Shown: positions 9,572 through 18,364, counted from the stretch's first letter. The stretch: 64,000 bases of DNA from Candidatus Aenigmatarchaeota archaeon (GCA_026397315.1 JAPLVC010000002.1:32001-96000), one strand, 5' to 3'. Made by a program: numbers and translations. The notes: generated by a model not told the origin, from the letters alone.

Positions 9572-9691
9572 TGGGCCGGGCAGGAATCGAACCTGCGGCC
9601 TTCGCGTTGTAAGCGCGACGTCATCTGCGGAACTTTTCCGTAAACGCTTTTGCGCGCACGCAAAAGGGTTTAACCGCTAGACTACCGGCCC
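9572..9691 (-). tRNA. tRNA-Val(TAC) with 47-nt D-loop intron (9625-9671)
   Basis: Acceptor GGGCCGG/CCGGCCC, anticodon arm TCGCG-CTTACAA-CGCGA, T arm GCAGG-TTCGATT-CCTGC; BHB GCGG-TTA-AAC...GTT-CCGC-AGA; 73 nt after splicing. Confidence 0.93.
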
Positions 9692-9715
9692 GATAAAACC
9701 AATATTATATTCAAT

Positions 9716-10906
9716 TTATATAAGTTTCATCTCTTTGCCTACTTTTTTGTAGACGTCGAGAGCGAACTGCAGGTCCTCCGTCGTGTGTTCAGCGGTCACG
9801 ATGTTCCTTATGCGCGCGGCGTCTTTAGCGACCAGCGGGAAGACTATCGGCTTGGCGAAAATGCCGTGCTCGAAAAGCGTCCTGCTCAGTTTCTGCGCGG
9901 TCGCGCTTTCGCCTACGATAACCGGTGTTATGGGAGTCTGGCTGTGGCCGATGTTGAAACCGAGATCGCGCAATCCCTCCTTGAAGAACTTCGTGTTCTC
10001 CCATAAGCGTTTGAGATGCTGCGGCTCGTCCTGCACAATCTTCAGCGCTTCCATTATCGCTCCCGTGACGCATGGCGGGTGCGCCGTGGTGAAGATGAAT
10101 GAGCGCGATCTGTTAATCAGGTAGTCTCTCAGCTCTTGACGACCAGCGATATAGCCTCCTAAACAACCGAACGCCTTGGAAAGCGTGCCCATGTCGATGT
10201 CGACTCTGCCGTGAAGATTGAAGTGATCCACGATGCCGCGGCCGTCCTTGCCGAGCACACCATCGCCGTGCGCGTCGTCGACCATGGTTATGGCGTCGTA
10301 TTTCTCCGCAAGCTCGACTATCTGGTCCAGCGGAGCGATATCTCCATCCATGCTGAAGACGCCGTCAGTCACGACAAGCCGGCGTTTCGCGGACTGTGTC
10401 TCTTTCAGCGCCTTCTCAAGACCTTCCATATTCATGTGCGGGTAAATCTTCTTCTCCGACTTCGTCAGTCGCACGCCATCGATTATGCTGCCGTGGTTCA
10501 GTTCATCGCTTATTATCGCGTCGCCCTCGCCCATGAGGACCTGTATCGTCCCGCGGTTCGCCGCGATGCCGGCGACGAAGATAAGCGACGCTTCAGTATG
10601 TTTGTATTTGGCGAGCATCTCTTCGGCCTCGTTGTGTATCTCCATGGTCCCGGCTATCTGGCGGACCGCTCCTGTTCCGAAGCCCCACTTGTCCATCGCT
10701 TTCTTCGCAGCCGCGGCGAGCCTCGGGTGGTTGGCGAAGCCGAGGTAGTTGTTCGTCGAAAGCGTAATCACTTTCTTGCCGTTGAGAGTGACGTGCGCGC
10801 CCTGCGGGCTGGTAAGCACCGGCAGCGTGGTGAAAAGATTCTCGCTTTTCAGTTTCTCCACTTCCTCCTTTAGAAAATGCAACCTGTTCTTATGGTCTGT
10901 CATCAA
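9716..10906 (-). CDS. kbl: 2-amino-3-ketobutyrate CoA ligase (glycine C-acetyltransferase)
   Basis: NNYLG, SDELNHGSIIDG, TDGVFSMDGD, VDDAH and GTLSKA (PLP lysine) motifs. Confidence 0.92.
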   Translation of the reverse strand: MMTDHKNRLHFLKEEVEKLKSENLFTTLPVLTSPQGAHVTLNGKKVITLSTNNYLGFANHPRLAAAAKKAMDKWGFGTGAVRQIAGTMEIHNEAEEMLAKYKHTEASLIFVAGIAANRGTIQVLMGEGDAIISDELNHGSIIDGVRLTKSEKKIYPHMNMEGLEKALKETQSAKRRLVVTDGVFSMDGDIAPLDQIVELAEKYDAITMVDDAHGDGVLGKDGRGIVDHFNLHGRVDIDMGTLSKAFGCLGGYIAGRQELRDYLINRSRSFIFTTAHPPCVTGAIMEALKIVQDEPQHLKRLWENTKFFKEGLRDLGFNIGHSQTPITPVIVGESATAQKLSRTLFEHGIFAKPIVFPLVAKDAARIRNIVTAEHTTEDLQFALDVYKKVGKEMKLI

Positions 10907-11096
10907 AACACCTCCGTAAACCTGAGAATAATAATTTCATTCATGGTATTAAAAAGGTGACGCTCCATTCGCTAGCGCCGCAAAAAATGTCAGCATCGAT
11001 AAATTTGCATATATTTTACGGTTGTAAAACGTCTGATTATTTAAACGTGCTTCAACATAAATATAATTATAAGAAAAATTTTAAAATCGCGGTAAC

Positions 11097-12386
11097 ATGG
11101 AAAGGAAAAAATTTCTTTTTGTCTCGATAGACGCGCTCATAGGCGACATAGCTTGGCAGGTTGTCAAGGAAGGCCACGAGGCTAAATATTTCATCGAAAC
11201 GCCCAGCGAAAAAGAGATTGCGGACGGCTTCGTGCCGAAATGCAACGACTGGAAAAAAGAGGTGGACTGGGCGGACGTCATAGTTTTCGACGACGTGCTC
11301 GGCCAGGGGACGCACGCCCAGAAGCTCAGGCAGGAAGGCAAGCTCGTCGTCGGAGGAACGCCTTACACAGACATGCTCGAGGACGACCGCGGCTTCGGCC
11401 AGGAAGAACTCAAGAAGGCGGGCGTCACTACGATTCCCAGCTGGAACTTCACTTCTTTCGACGATGCCATAGCCTTCGTCCAGGAGCATCCCGGTAAATA
11501 CGTCATCAAGCCGAGCGGCGAGGCGCAGAACATCAAGCAGCTGCTGTTCGTCGGCGAAGAGGACGATGGCAGGGACGTCATCCAGGTCCTTGAGCACTAC
11601 AAGAAAGCGTGGTCCGACCGCATCAAGGTCTTCCAGCTCCAGCGCAAGATCTCGGGCGTCGAAGTCGCAGTAGGCGCTTTCTTCAACGGCAGGGAATTCA
11701 TCTACCCGATAAACGTCAATTTCGAGCACAAGAAGCTTTTTCCGGGTAACATCGGACCGAGCACGGGCGAGATGGGCACGACCATGTTCTGGTCCATGCC
11801 CAACAAGATTTTCAACGCCACCCTCAAGAAGATGGAGCCGAAGCTCAAGGAGGAAGGGTATGTCGGCTACATAGACATCAACTGCATAGTCAACAGCTAC
11901 GGCATATATCCACTCGAGTTCACTTCGAGATTCGGCTACCCGACCATAAGCATACAACAGGAGTCGATGATAACACCCATAGGTCAGTTCCTGCACGAGA
12001 TAGCCAAGGGCAACGGCACCAAGTTCAAGGTGAGGAGCGGCTTCCAGGCCGGCGTGCGCGTCGTGACCTCGCCGTTCCCGTTCACGGACACGGAGACTTT
12101 CGAGACGAATTCCAAGGACGCGGTCGTGGTCCTGAAGAAGCCCAACATGGAAGGCATACACATCGAGGACGTCAAGCTGGTGAACGGCGAGTGGCTAATC
12201 TCCGGACATTCCGGAGTCGTGCTGATAGTCGTGGGCATGGGCTCTACCATGAGGCAGGCCCAGAACCAGGTCTACAACAGGATAAGCAACATACTCATAC
12301 CCAACATGTATTACAGGACGGACATCGGCGACCGATGGGTCGAGGACAGCGACAAGCTGCACGCATGGAGCTACCTCAGGGAGTAA
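11097..12386 (+). CDS. PurD-like ATP-grasp ligase (divergent phosphoribosylamine-glycine ligase family)
   Basis: LEDDR, YVIKP, EHKKLF..N.GPSTGEMG, LEFTSRFGYP and YRTDIG motifs. Confidence 0.8.
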   Translation: MERKKFLFVSIDALIGDIAWQVVKEGHEAKYFIETPSEKEIADGFVPKCNDWKKEVDWADVIVFDDVLGQGTHAQKLRQEGKLVVGGTPYTDMLEDDRGFGQEELKKAGVTTIPSWNFTSFDDAIAFVQEHPGKYVIKPSGEAQNIKQLLFVGEEDDGRDVIQVLEHYKKAWSDRIKVFQLQRKISGVEVAVGAFFNGREFIYPINVNFEHKKLFPGNIGPSTGEMGTTMFWSMPNKIFNATLKKMEPKLKEEGYVGYIDINCIVNSYGIYPLEFTSRFGYPTISIQQESMITPIGQFLHEIAKGNGTKFKVRSGFQAGVRVVTSPFPFTDTETFETNSKDAVVVLKKPNMEGIHIEDVKLVNGEWLISGHSGVVLIVVGMGSTMRQAQNQVYNRISNILIPNMYYRTDIGDRWVEDSDKLHAWSYLRE

Positions 12387-12412
12387 CCAGAGCAGCTTTT
12401 CGAAAAATATTT

Positions 12413-13003
12413 TTATTCTTTGTATTCCAGCCCGAACCTGAAAGCCTTTATGTCTTTTTCAGGGTCTTTGGGCACGGTTCTCTTTATGGCCTCGATTATA
12501 GATTCCTTCTTCAGCGGCAGCATGCCGCTAGCGACGGCGAGCCCGAGCATCATCGTGTTGCCGTCGAGCGGGTCGCCGAGCTTCTGGTCGCATATGTGCG
12601 ACGCGTCGATGAAGACGAAGTTCTTGGCGAAAGGCGAAATCATCTGTTTTATTTTTTCGTAGGTCGGGTATTCCTTGTCGAAGAGATTCGCGTAGACGGG
12701 CTTGACCGGGTAGGTGTCGACGATGAAGTTCGTCCTGTCCTTGTGCGCGAAGTAGCAGAATCTCGCCGCCTCGAGCGGCTCCAGGGCGAATATCAGGTCG
12801 GCCTGCGCCCTCGGGATGAGCGGCGAATCGACGGCCTTGCCGAACCTCACGTGAGTCGGAATCGCTCCTCCGCGCTGCGCCAGGCCGTGCAGCTGCGTGC
12901 CACGAACATCGAAGCCCTCGAAGTTAGCGGCCCTGGCCACGATTACCGAAGTGAACAATACTCCTTCGCCTCCGACGCCTGCTATGAGAACATTATACGT
13001 CAT
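12413..13003 (-). CDS. iorB: Indolepyruvate:ferredoxin oxidoreductase beta subunit
   Basis: GVGGEG, HGLAQRGG, HVRFG..V.SPLI motifs. Confidence 0.92.
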   Translation of the reverse strand: MTYNVLIAGVGGEGVLFTSVIVARAANFEGFDVRGTQLHGLAQRGGAIPTHVRFGKAVDSPLIPRAQADLIFALEPLEAARFCYFAHKDRTNFIVDTYPVKPVYANLFDKEYPTYEKIKQMISPFAKNFVFIDASHICDQKLGDPLDGNTMMLGLAVASGMLPLKKESIIEAIKRTVPKDPEKDIKAFRFGLEYKE

Positions 13004-14864
13004 TCTTTTTCCTCCTGGCAGCCGGGATTATCGCCCCGACCGGACAGACCTGCGCGCAGACGCCGCAGCCCCAGCAAAGGTCCTCGCGTATGTATACTTT
13101 ATCGCCCTCGTGCATGATGGCAGGGCACGCGAACTGCTTGACGCACGTCAGGCATTTCTTACACTTGCCCGGCGCGACCTGGAACTTCGAGAACTCGCCG
13201 CCCTGCTTCCTTAACAGGCGGCGCATGTAAAGCCTGCAGAGCCCGCGGGATATTATGACGCCCAGCTTGTCGGATGCAGACATCTCCTTTATCGCGGCCT
13301 GCAATTCCTTCTGGCTGAACGCGTTGACGATCTTGATGTTGGCGATGCCGAATGACCTGACGACGTCCTCGATTTTTATCGGCTCCTTTTTGTCGCCCAT
13401 GCCGGTGAAATCGCTTCCCGGATGGGGCTGGTGGCCGGTCATCGCAGTCACGCCGTTGTCGAGGATGACTATGATGGGCTTGGTGCCGTGGGCGACCGAG
13501 TTCACTAGCGGCGGCATGCCTGCGTGGAAGAATGTCGAGTCGCCGATGAAGACGACGACTTTCTGGTCGCTCACCTTCTGGATGCCGTGCGCCAGGCCGA
13601 TGCTCGAGCCCATTGAAACTATGAAGTCCTCCATCTTGTACGGCTCCTGTATGCCTAGGACGTAACATCCGATGTCGCCAGACCATACGGTCTGGTCACC
13701 CATCACTTTCTTTACTGCGTAGAAGGTCGACCTGTGCGGGCAGCCGGGGCAAAGCACCGCTTTCCTCGCTGGCAGGTCTATTTTCTTAAGATAAGCTTCG
13801 TGCATCGAGAAGTCGGGCTTCTTCGCCTTGAGGAACGGAGCTAGTGCCGATTGTATCGTCTCGGGATTGTATTCGCCGATGCGGGACAGAATGTCTTTGC
13901 CGTGTATCTCCGTGCGCGGGTTCACGTCCTTCGCGAGCGCGCGCACGAACTGCTCGACTACTGGTTCGAGTTCTTCGAGAACGAACACCCTATCGAGACC
14001 TTTCAGAAACTTGGTGACGAAGCTTCTGGAAATCGGGTACGTCATGACGAGCTTCGCTATCTTCACCCCTTTCAGGCCGTTGAGGTCTTTCTTTACTTCT
14101 TTCAGATACTGGTAGGAAACTCCGCTAGTTATTATGCCAATCTTCCCTTCGCCTTCAATCCTGTTGAGATAATCATAAGCCAGTTCTATCGTGTCTATCT
14201 TCTTGTTGAGGCGTTCGTGGAGTTGCTGCAGCGCCGGCGGCAAACAGTAGAAGCTTTCAGGGTCCTTGACGAAATTACCTTTGGTTTTCGGCTGCGGAAT
14301 TTTGCCGAGCTTGACCGTTCCAATAGAATGCGAGACCATCGTAGTCGTCCTCAGCATGACGGGAATCCTGTGCTTCTCGGAAATCTCGAAAGCAAGTTTC
14401 GTTAAATCCTTGCATTCCTGCGCGTTCGTTGGCTCGAGCGTCGGGATGAGGCCCATCCTTGCATAGAAGCGCGTGTCCTGCTCGGACTGCGCGGAACTGT
14501 GACCCAGCGGGTCGTCGGAGACCATTATGACCAGACCGCCTTTAACGCCCGTGTAAATAGTCGGCATCACAGAATCAATCGCGACATTGAGACCGAAGTG
14601 CTTCATCGCCGTGAGCGCGCGCACGCCGGAAAACGCGGCTCCGGCCGCGACTTCGTAAGCGACTTTCTCGTTCGTGCTCCACTCGAAATAGAATCCTGCT
14701 TGTTTGGCAATGGCAGAAAGCGCGATGCCGACTTCGGAGCTGGGCGTTCCCGGGTAGCATGCGGACAATCCCATGCCCGCCTCTATAGCGCCACGGGCGA
14801 TTGCTTCATTCCCCAGAAGAACGACCTTCTTCCCTTCCTTTTCCATCAAGTCCGGGTTCGCCAT
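12993..14864 (-). CDS. iorA: Indolepyruvate:ferredoxin oxidoreductase alpha subunit
   Basis: LGNEAIARGA, YPGTPSSE, NEKVA, LCPGCPH, GDSTFFH, TAMTGHQ and C-terminal 2x[4Fe-4S] motifs. Confidence 0.95.
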   Translation of the reverse strand: MANPDLMEKEGKKVVLLGNEAIARGAIEAGMGLSACYPGTPSSEVGIALSAIAKQAGFYFEWSTNEKVAYEVAAGAAFSGVRALTAMKHFGLNVAIDSVMPTIYTGVKGGLVIMVSDDPLGHSSAQSEQDTRFYARMGLIPTLEPTNAQECKDLTKLAFEISEKHRIPVMLRTTTMVSHSIGTVKLGKIPQPKTKGNFVKDPESFYCLPPALQQLHERLNKKIDTIELAYDYLNRIEGEGKIGIITSGVSYQYLKEVKKDLNGLKGVKIAKLVMTYPISRSFVTKFLKGLDRVFVLEELEPVVEQFVRALAKDVNPRTEIHGKDILSRIGEYNPETIQSALAPFLKAKKPDFSMHEAYLKKIDLPARKAVLCPGCPHRSTFYAVKKVMGDQTVWSGDIGCYVLGIQEPYKMEDFIVSMGSSIGLAHGIQKVSDQKVVVFIGDSTFFHAGMPPLVNSVAHGTKPIIVILDNGVTAMTGHQPHPGSDFTGMGDKKEPIKIEDVVRSFGIANIKIVNAFSQKELQAAIKEMSASDKLGVIISRGLCRLYMRRLLRKQGGEFSKFQVAPGKCKKCLTCVKQFACPAIMHEGDKVYIREDLCWGCGVCAQVCPVGAIIPAARRKKNDV

Positions 14865-14985
14865 ACAAACCGCCTAACCCCAAAACCAAAAGCCAGGAGC
14901 CACCCCAAGGCCCCAAACCCTCAGCAAGATTTCGATTATTATTGCTTTATGACTTTCGTGTCGAATCCTCGATAATCTCCGATAT

Positions 14986-15016
14986 AATATATTGAACAGA
15001 ACCAGTTAAATATATT
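14986..15016. promoter_or_regulatory. Inverted repeat or divergent TATA boxes between iorA and the nitroreductase gene
   Basis: AATATATTGAAC-N7-GTTAAATATATT, 11/12 symmetric. Confidence 0.45.
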
Positions 15017-15046
15017 GTAAGTCTCGAATGTTCAAGAGGTGGTGTC

Positions 15047-15640
15047 ATGAAAAATCAAATCAAACATCAGGACAAACGGCAAAACAATGATTCCGATGAT
15101 TTTCTGAAAGTCATTCACGGCAGGAAAAGCGTGCGTAACTACACGGGCGCGCCTGTCAGCAATGACGACATCGAAGACCTTTTGCGCGCAGGCATGGCCG
15201 CGCCGAGCGCGGTCGACAGGCGGCCATGGTCTTTCATCGCCGTGACCGAGCGGGAGACGCTGGACAGACTATCGAAAGCGACGCCGTTCAGCGGCATGCT
15301 GAAGAAGGCCGGCGCTGCTGTAATCGTGTGCGGCATTCCCATGAAATCGCTGGTGAAGATGAAGCTCATCAACCTCGTCGCTGGCGTTTCGAACGATTAC
15401 TGGGTGCAGGACTGCTCGGCTGCCACAGAAAATATACTATTAGCAGCCGAGGCAAAGGGGCTTGGCGCGGTATGGATAGGCATACATCCCGTAGAAGCTA
15501 AAGTAGAAACTGTCAGGAAAATTCTCAACATCCCGGACAACGTCACGCCGCTGAACATCATATCAATCGGCCATCCGCTAGGGACGGAAAAACCGAAGAA
15601 CAAGTTCGACGAGAACAATATCCACTGGGAGCATTGGTAG
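15047..15640 (+). CDS. Nitroreductase family protein
   Basis: RKSVRNY, AAPSA...PW.F, QDCSAATENILLAA..GLGAVWIG motifs. Confidence 0.92.
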   Translation: MKNQIKHQDKRQNNDSDDFLKVIHGRKSVRNYTGAPVSNDDIEDLLRAGMAAPSAVDRRPWSFIAVTERETLDRLSKATPFSGMLKKAGAAVIVCGIPMKSLVKMKLINLVAGVSNDYWVQDCSAATENILLAAEAKGLGAVWIGIHPVEAKVETVRKILNIPDNVTPLNIISIGHPLGTEKPKNKFDENNIHWEHW

Positions 15641-15644
15641 TGAT

Positions 15645-15778
15645 TCACGGTATTATCTCGCAGCCGTTGTATATGACGTGCTCGAAACGTGCGTTTCCTC
15701 CATGTCGTCCAGCGGCTTATGGTAACAGTATTCACACTTCCCGTTGCACGCGGTCGTAAGTATCACGTGATAGAACAT
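15645..15778 (-). pseudogene. Internally deleted radical SAM gene remnant (TIGR04084/AF0577-like)
   Basis: MFYHVILTTACNGKCEYCY (CxxxCxxC) joined out of frame to FEHVIYNGCEIIP-stop. Confidence 0.7.
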
Positions 15779-15814
15779 ATTCTGTGGGTGTTTCAATGAA
15801 ATAAAAATATATAT

Positions 15815-16285
15815 TCAGGCCGTTTCGGGTTGCTGTGAAAGTCGCCTTAATTCTTTCCTCGTTTTCCTCGCGTTCTTTACCACACGATCGGCTATCGGGC
15901 ACGGTGTCTCTCGCTGGTTGTTCTTCCATTCCAGCCTGTTGTATATCTCTTCTCCCGCTTCGTCCCGGATAATAAGAACAAAATCCCTGTTGTTTTCACT
16001 TTTGTCTTGCTGTGTATAGTCCCAGTGAACTATGTGGTAATGTGCCGCTCTTCCGCTCTCGTCGAGTTCCCCGATGTAGAAAAAATCCCTGGAAGGCTCG
16101 AACATCAGCGTGGCGGTTTCCGTCTTTAGTTTTCCGAGGTTGTTCCTGCTGACGGTTATTTTTTTGCCCACATACTTTTCCAGCATGTCTGAAGGATATA
16201 TTTTTCCAGCTTGTGACGCGGGCTCTTCTATATATCCATTCTTTCCGAAGATGCCTCTGAAAATCTTTAGTGGTTTATACATCAA
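15815..16285 (-). CDS. Hypothetical protein
   Basis: 156-aa ORF with TTTAAATA box upstream. Confidence 0.6.
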   Translation of the reverse strand: MMYKPLKIFRGIFGKNGYIEEPASQAGKIYPSDMLEKYVGKKITVSRNNLGKLKTETATLMFEPSRDFFYIGELDESGRAAHYHIVHWDYTQQDKSENNRDFVLIIRDEAGEEIYNRLEWKNNQRETPCPIADRVVKNARKTRKELRRLSQQPETA

Positions 16286-16379
16286 TTAAAAGTTTTTTTC
16301 TATATTTAAATACCAAGCCTTTCCACAAATTGCACCAAATTTTATAGTGATTTTACGGATTTTTCAGAAAAATAACTAA

Positions 16380-16407
16380 ATATTTATATATTTAAATAAA
16401 CAAATAT
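16380..16407. promoter_or_regulatory. Probable ArsR operator overlapping the promoter
   Basis: ATATTTATATATTTAAATAAACAAATAT, 12/14 symmetric pairs, 6 nt before the ArsR start. Confidence 0.55.
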
Positions 16408-16413
16408 GTTTAC

Positions 16414-16671
16414 ATGGATAATGTTGTGGTTTTCAGGGCGCTTGCCGACCCCACGCGGCTGAAGATACTCGAATTGCTCAGGAGCGGTGAGAGATGCGCA
16501 TGCGAACTCCCTTCGAAAGTGGGAAAGTCACAGCCCAACGTTTCGCTGCACCTCAAGATACTGAAAGACGCCGGCATAATTTCCAGCAGGAAAGACGGCA
16601 AGAAAATAATATATTCGGCCACTAAATCTGAAATTTACAAGATAATAGAAAGAGCGAAAAACATAAAGTGA
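16414..16671 (+). CDS. ArsR/SmtB family transcriptional regulator
   Basis: FRALADPTRLKIL, CACEL, SQPNVSLHL, RKDG motifs. Confidence 0.93.
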   Translation: MDNVVVFRALADPTRLKILELLRSGERCACELPSKVGKSQPNVSLHLKILKDAGIISSRKDGKKIIYSATKSEIYKIIERAKNIK

Positions 16672-16680
16672 AGTGATTGC

Positions 16681-17790
16681 ATGGAAAACCGGAATGTTTT
16701 CATTATTTTGGTTGTCGTATTTCTGGCGCTATATTTCATGCCTGTCGGCTCGCAGCTTTTCGACGGCGCCATACTCAGCGCTTTCTCGCTGCTCCACGAA
16801 TACGCGACGCAGCACGTGATAACGTGCCTCATTCCTGCGATGTTCATAGCGGGCGCGATTTCAGTTTTCATCAAAAAAGACGCCGTCATCAAATACATGG
16901 GGCCGTCCGCGAAAAAATACGTCTCATATACCATCGCCTCGGTGTCGGGAGCGATACTCGCGGTCTGCTCGTGCACCGTCCTTCCGCTATTCGCCAGCAT
17001 ACGCAAGCGCGGAGCGGGCCTGGGGCCTGCCATAGCATTTCTCTATTCCGGTCCGGCGATAAACATAACGGCAATGTTTCTCACCATAAGCGTGCTCGGG
17101 GTGCAGATAGGGATTGCCAGAATCGTAGCATCCATTTCGCTGTCAATACTGGTGGGTCTGACCATGGCCTTCATTTTCAAGGAAAAGTCCGGCACCGGCA
17201 AGTGGAAGCTCAAAAAGACCAAGGCGAAACCTGATTCGAAGCTTTTCGTCTCGCTTCTTTTCGTGTCGCTCGTAGGCGTGCTCCTGGTGAACGGGCTGCA
17301 AATCAATTTGCCGGTTAAGTATTCCATGATGGCCGCGCTTTCCGTGGCCGCGGCGCTAGTTGGTATTTTTGGCATGCAGAGGCGGTCGTCAGAGGAATGG
17401 CTGGGGCACACGTGGTTCTACGCCAGGAAGCTCATACCGCTGCTTTTCATAGGCGTCTTCATAGCAGGCGTGGTCATGTTCCTCGTACCCGACGAATTCA
17501 TCAGGTCGGTCGCTGGCGAGAACACCATCATGAGCAACGTCGCCGTCTCGATATTCGGCGCTTTCATGTATTTTTCGACGCTCACGGAAATACCGATACT
17601 GCAGGCGCTCATAGCGAAAGGGATGCATCCCGGTCCCGCCCTAACGCTACTGCTTTCCGGCCCGGCCCTTAGCCTGCCGAGCATGCTCGCGATAAGGGAG
17701 TTCCTCGGCAACAGGAAAACGATAGCCTATGTCTTATTGGTAATATTATATTCTGCCGCGGCGGGCCTTGTTTTCGGAATGCTTGTATAG
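16681..17790 (+). CDS. ArsP/DUF318-type permease
   Basis: HVITCLIPA, LAVCSCTVLPLF, GPAIN, YFSTLTEIP, GPALSLP motifs; follows ArsR. Confidence 0.88.
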   Translation: MENRNVFIILVVVFLALYFMPVGSQLFDGAILSAFSLLHEYATQHVITCLIPAMFIAGAISVFIKKDAVIKYMGPSAKKYVSYTIASVSGAILAVCSCTVLPLFASIRKRGAGLGPAIAFLYSGPAINITAMFLTISVLGVQIGIARIVASISLSILVGLTMAFIFKEKSGTGKWKLKKTKAKPDSKLFVSLLFVSLVGVLLVNGLQINLPVKYSMMAALSVAAALVGIFGMQRRSSEEWLGHTWFYARKLIPLLFIGVFIAGVVMFLVPDEFIRSVAGENTIMSNVAVSIFGAFMYFSTLTEIPILQALIAKGMHPGPALTLLLSGPALSLPSMLAIREFLGNRKTIAYVLLVILYSAAAGLVFGMLV

Positions 17791-17844
17791 CGCTTTGGCT
17801 AAAGCCTTTTGAAAATTAAAAATAAGAAAACGTGAGGCAAAAAA

Positions 17845-18285
17845 TCAAGCCTTCACAACGATCGTCCTGGCTGCCATGTCGCCGATCCTCTGCTTCTTCT
17901 GCGATACCAGGATCACTATCAGGCCGAGCACGTAAGCTCCGAGGCCGTCGATTATCCTGAGAACCGTCCTTATTATCGCGTCTGGCATGGTAAGCTTCTT
18001 GCCGTCTTCCTTGACGACCTTTATGCCCATGAATTTCTTGCCTAATGTCTGGCCGGTCGTACTTTCGAAATACGGGAAATAGACGAGCCAGATTATGGCT
18101 GAAATCACTATAAAGGTCACCCAAGAGGCAGCTGCGGCCATCGCGGCCATGGGGTTAGCTCCCATAGTCATGAAAGCACCCGAAACGCCGAAAGGCAGCG
18201 CTATTACAAAAGTTATGATTGCCAATATCACGTGGTCTATTACCGCTGCCAGTATCCTGTGCAAAACACCCGCATATTCTGCCAT
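17845..18285 (-). CDS. RDD family membrane protein
   Basis: R..A.VID, GQTLGKK..GIKV, QRIGD..A.TIVV motifs. Confidence 0.92.
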   Translation of the reverse strand: MAEYAGVLHRILAAVIDHVILAIITFVIALPFGVSGAFMTMGANPMAAMAAAASWVTFIVISAIIWLVYFPYFESTTGQTLGKKFMGIKVVKEDGKKLTMPDAIIRTVLRIIDGLGAYVLGLIVILVSQKKQRIGDMAARTIVVKA

Positions 18286-18364
18286 AGTTTACCTCCTGCA
18301 TAAAAATTGGAAGGCGGGCTAATATATCTACCTATTTATACGGACGGGAACAATTTTTATATGA

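Noticed and set aside
14865-14982. TPP riboswitch upstream of the TPP-dependent IOR
   Set aside because: Only a CTGAG fragment matches; the CCTGAT and AGGGA elements are absent
15661-15720. Hammerhead-like GAAAC...GTTTC hairpin
   Set aside because: No CUGANGA core; the region is explained by the radical SAM remnant on the minus strand
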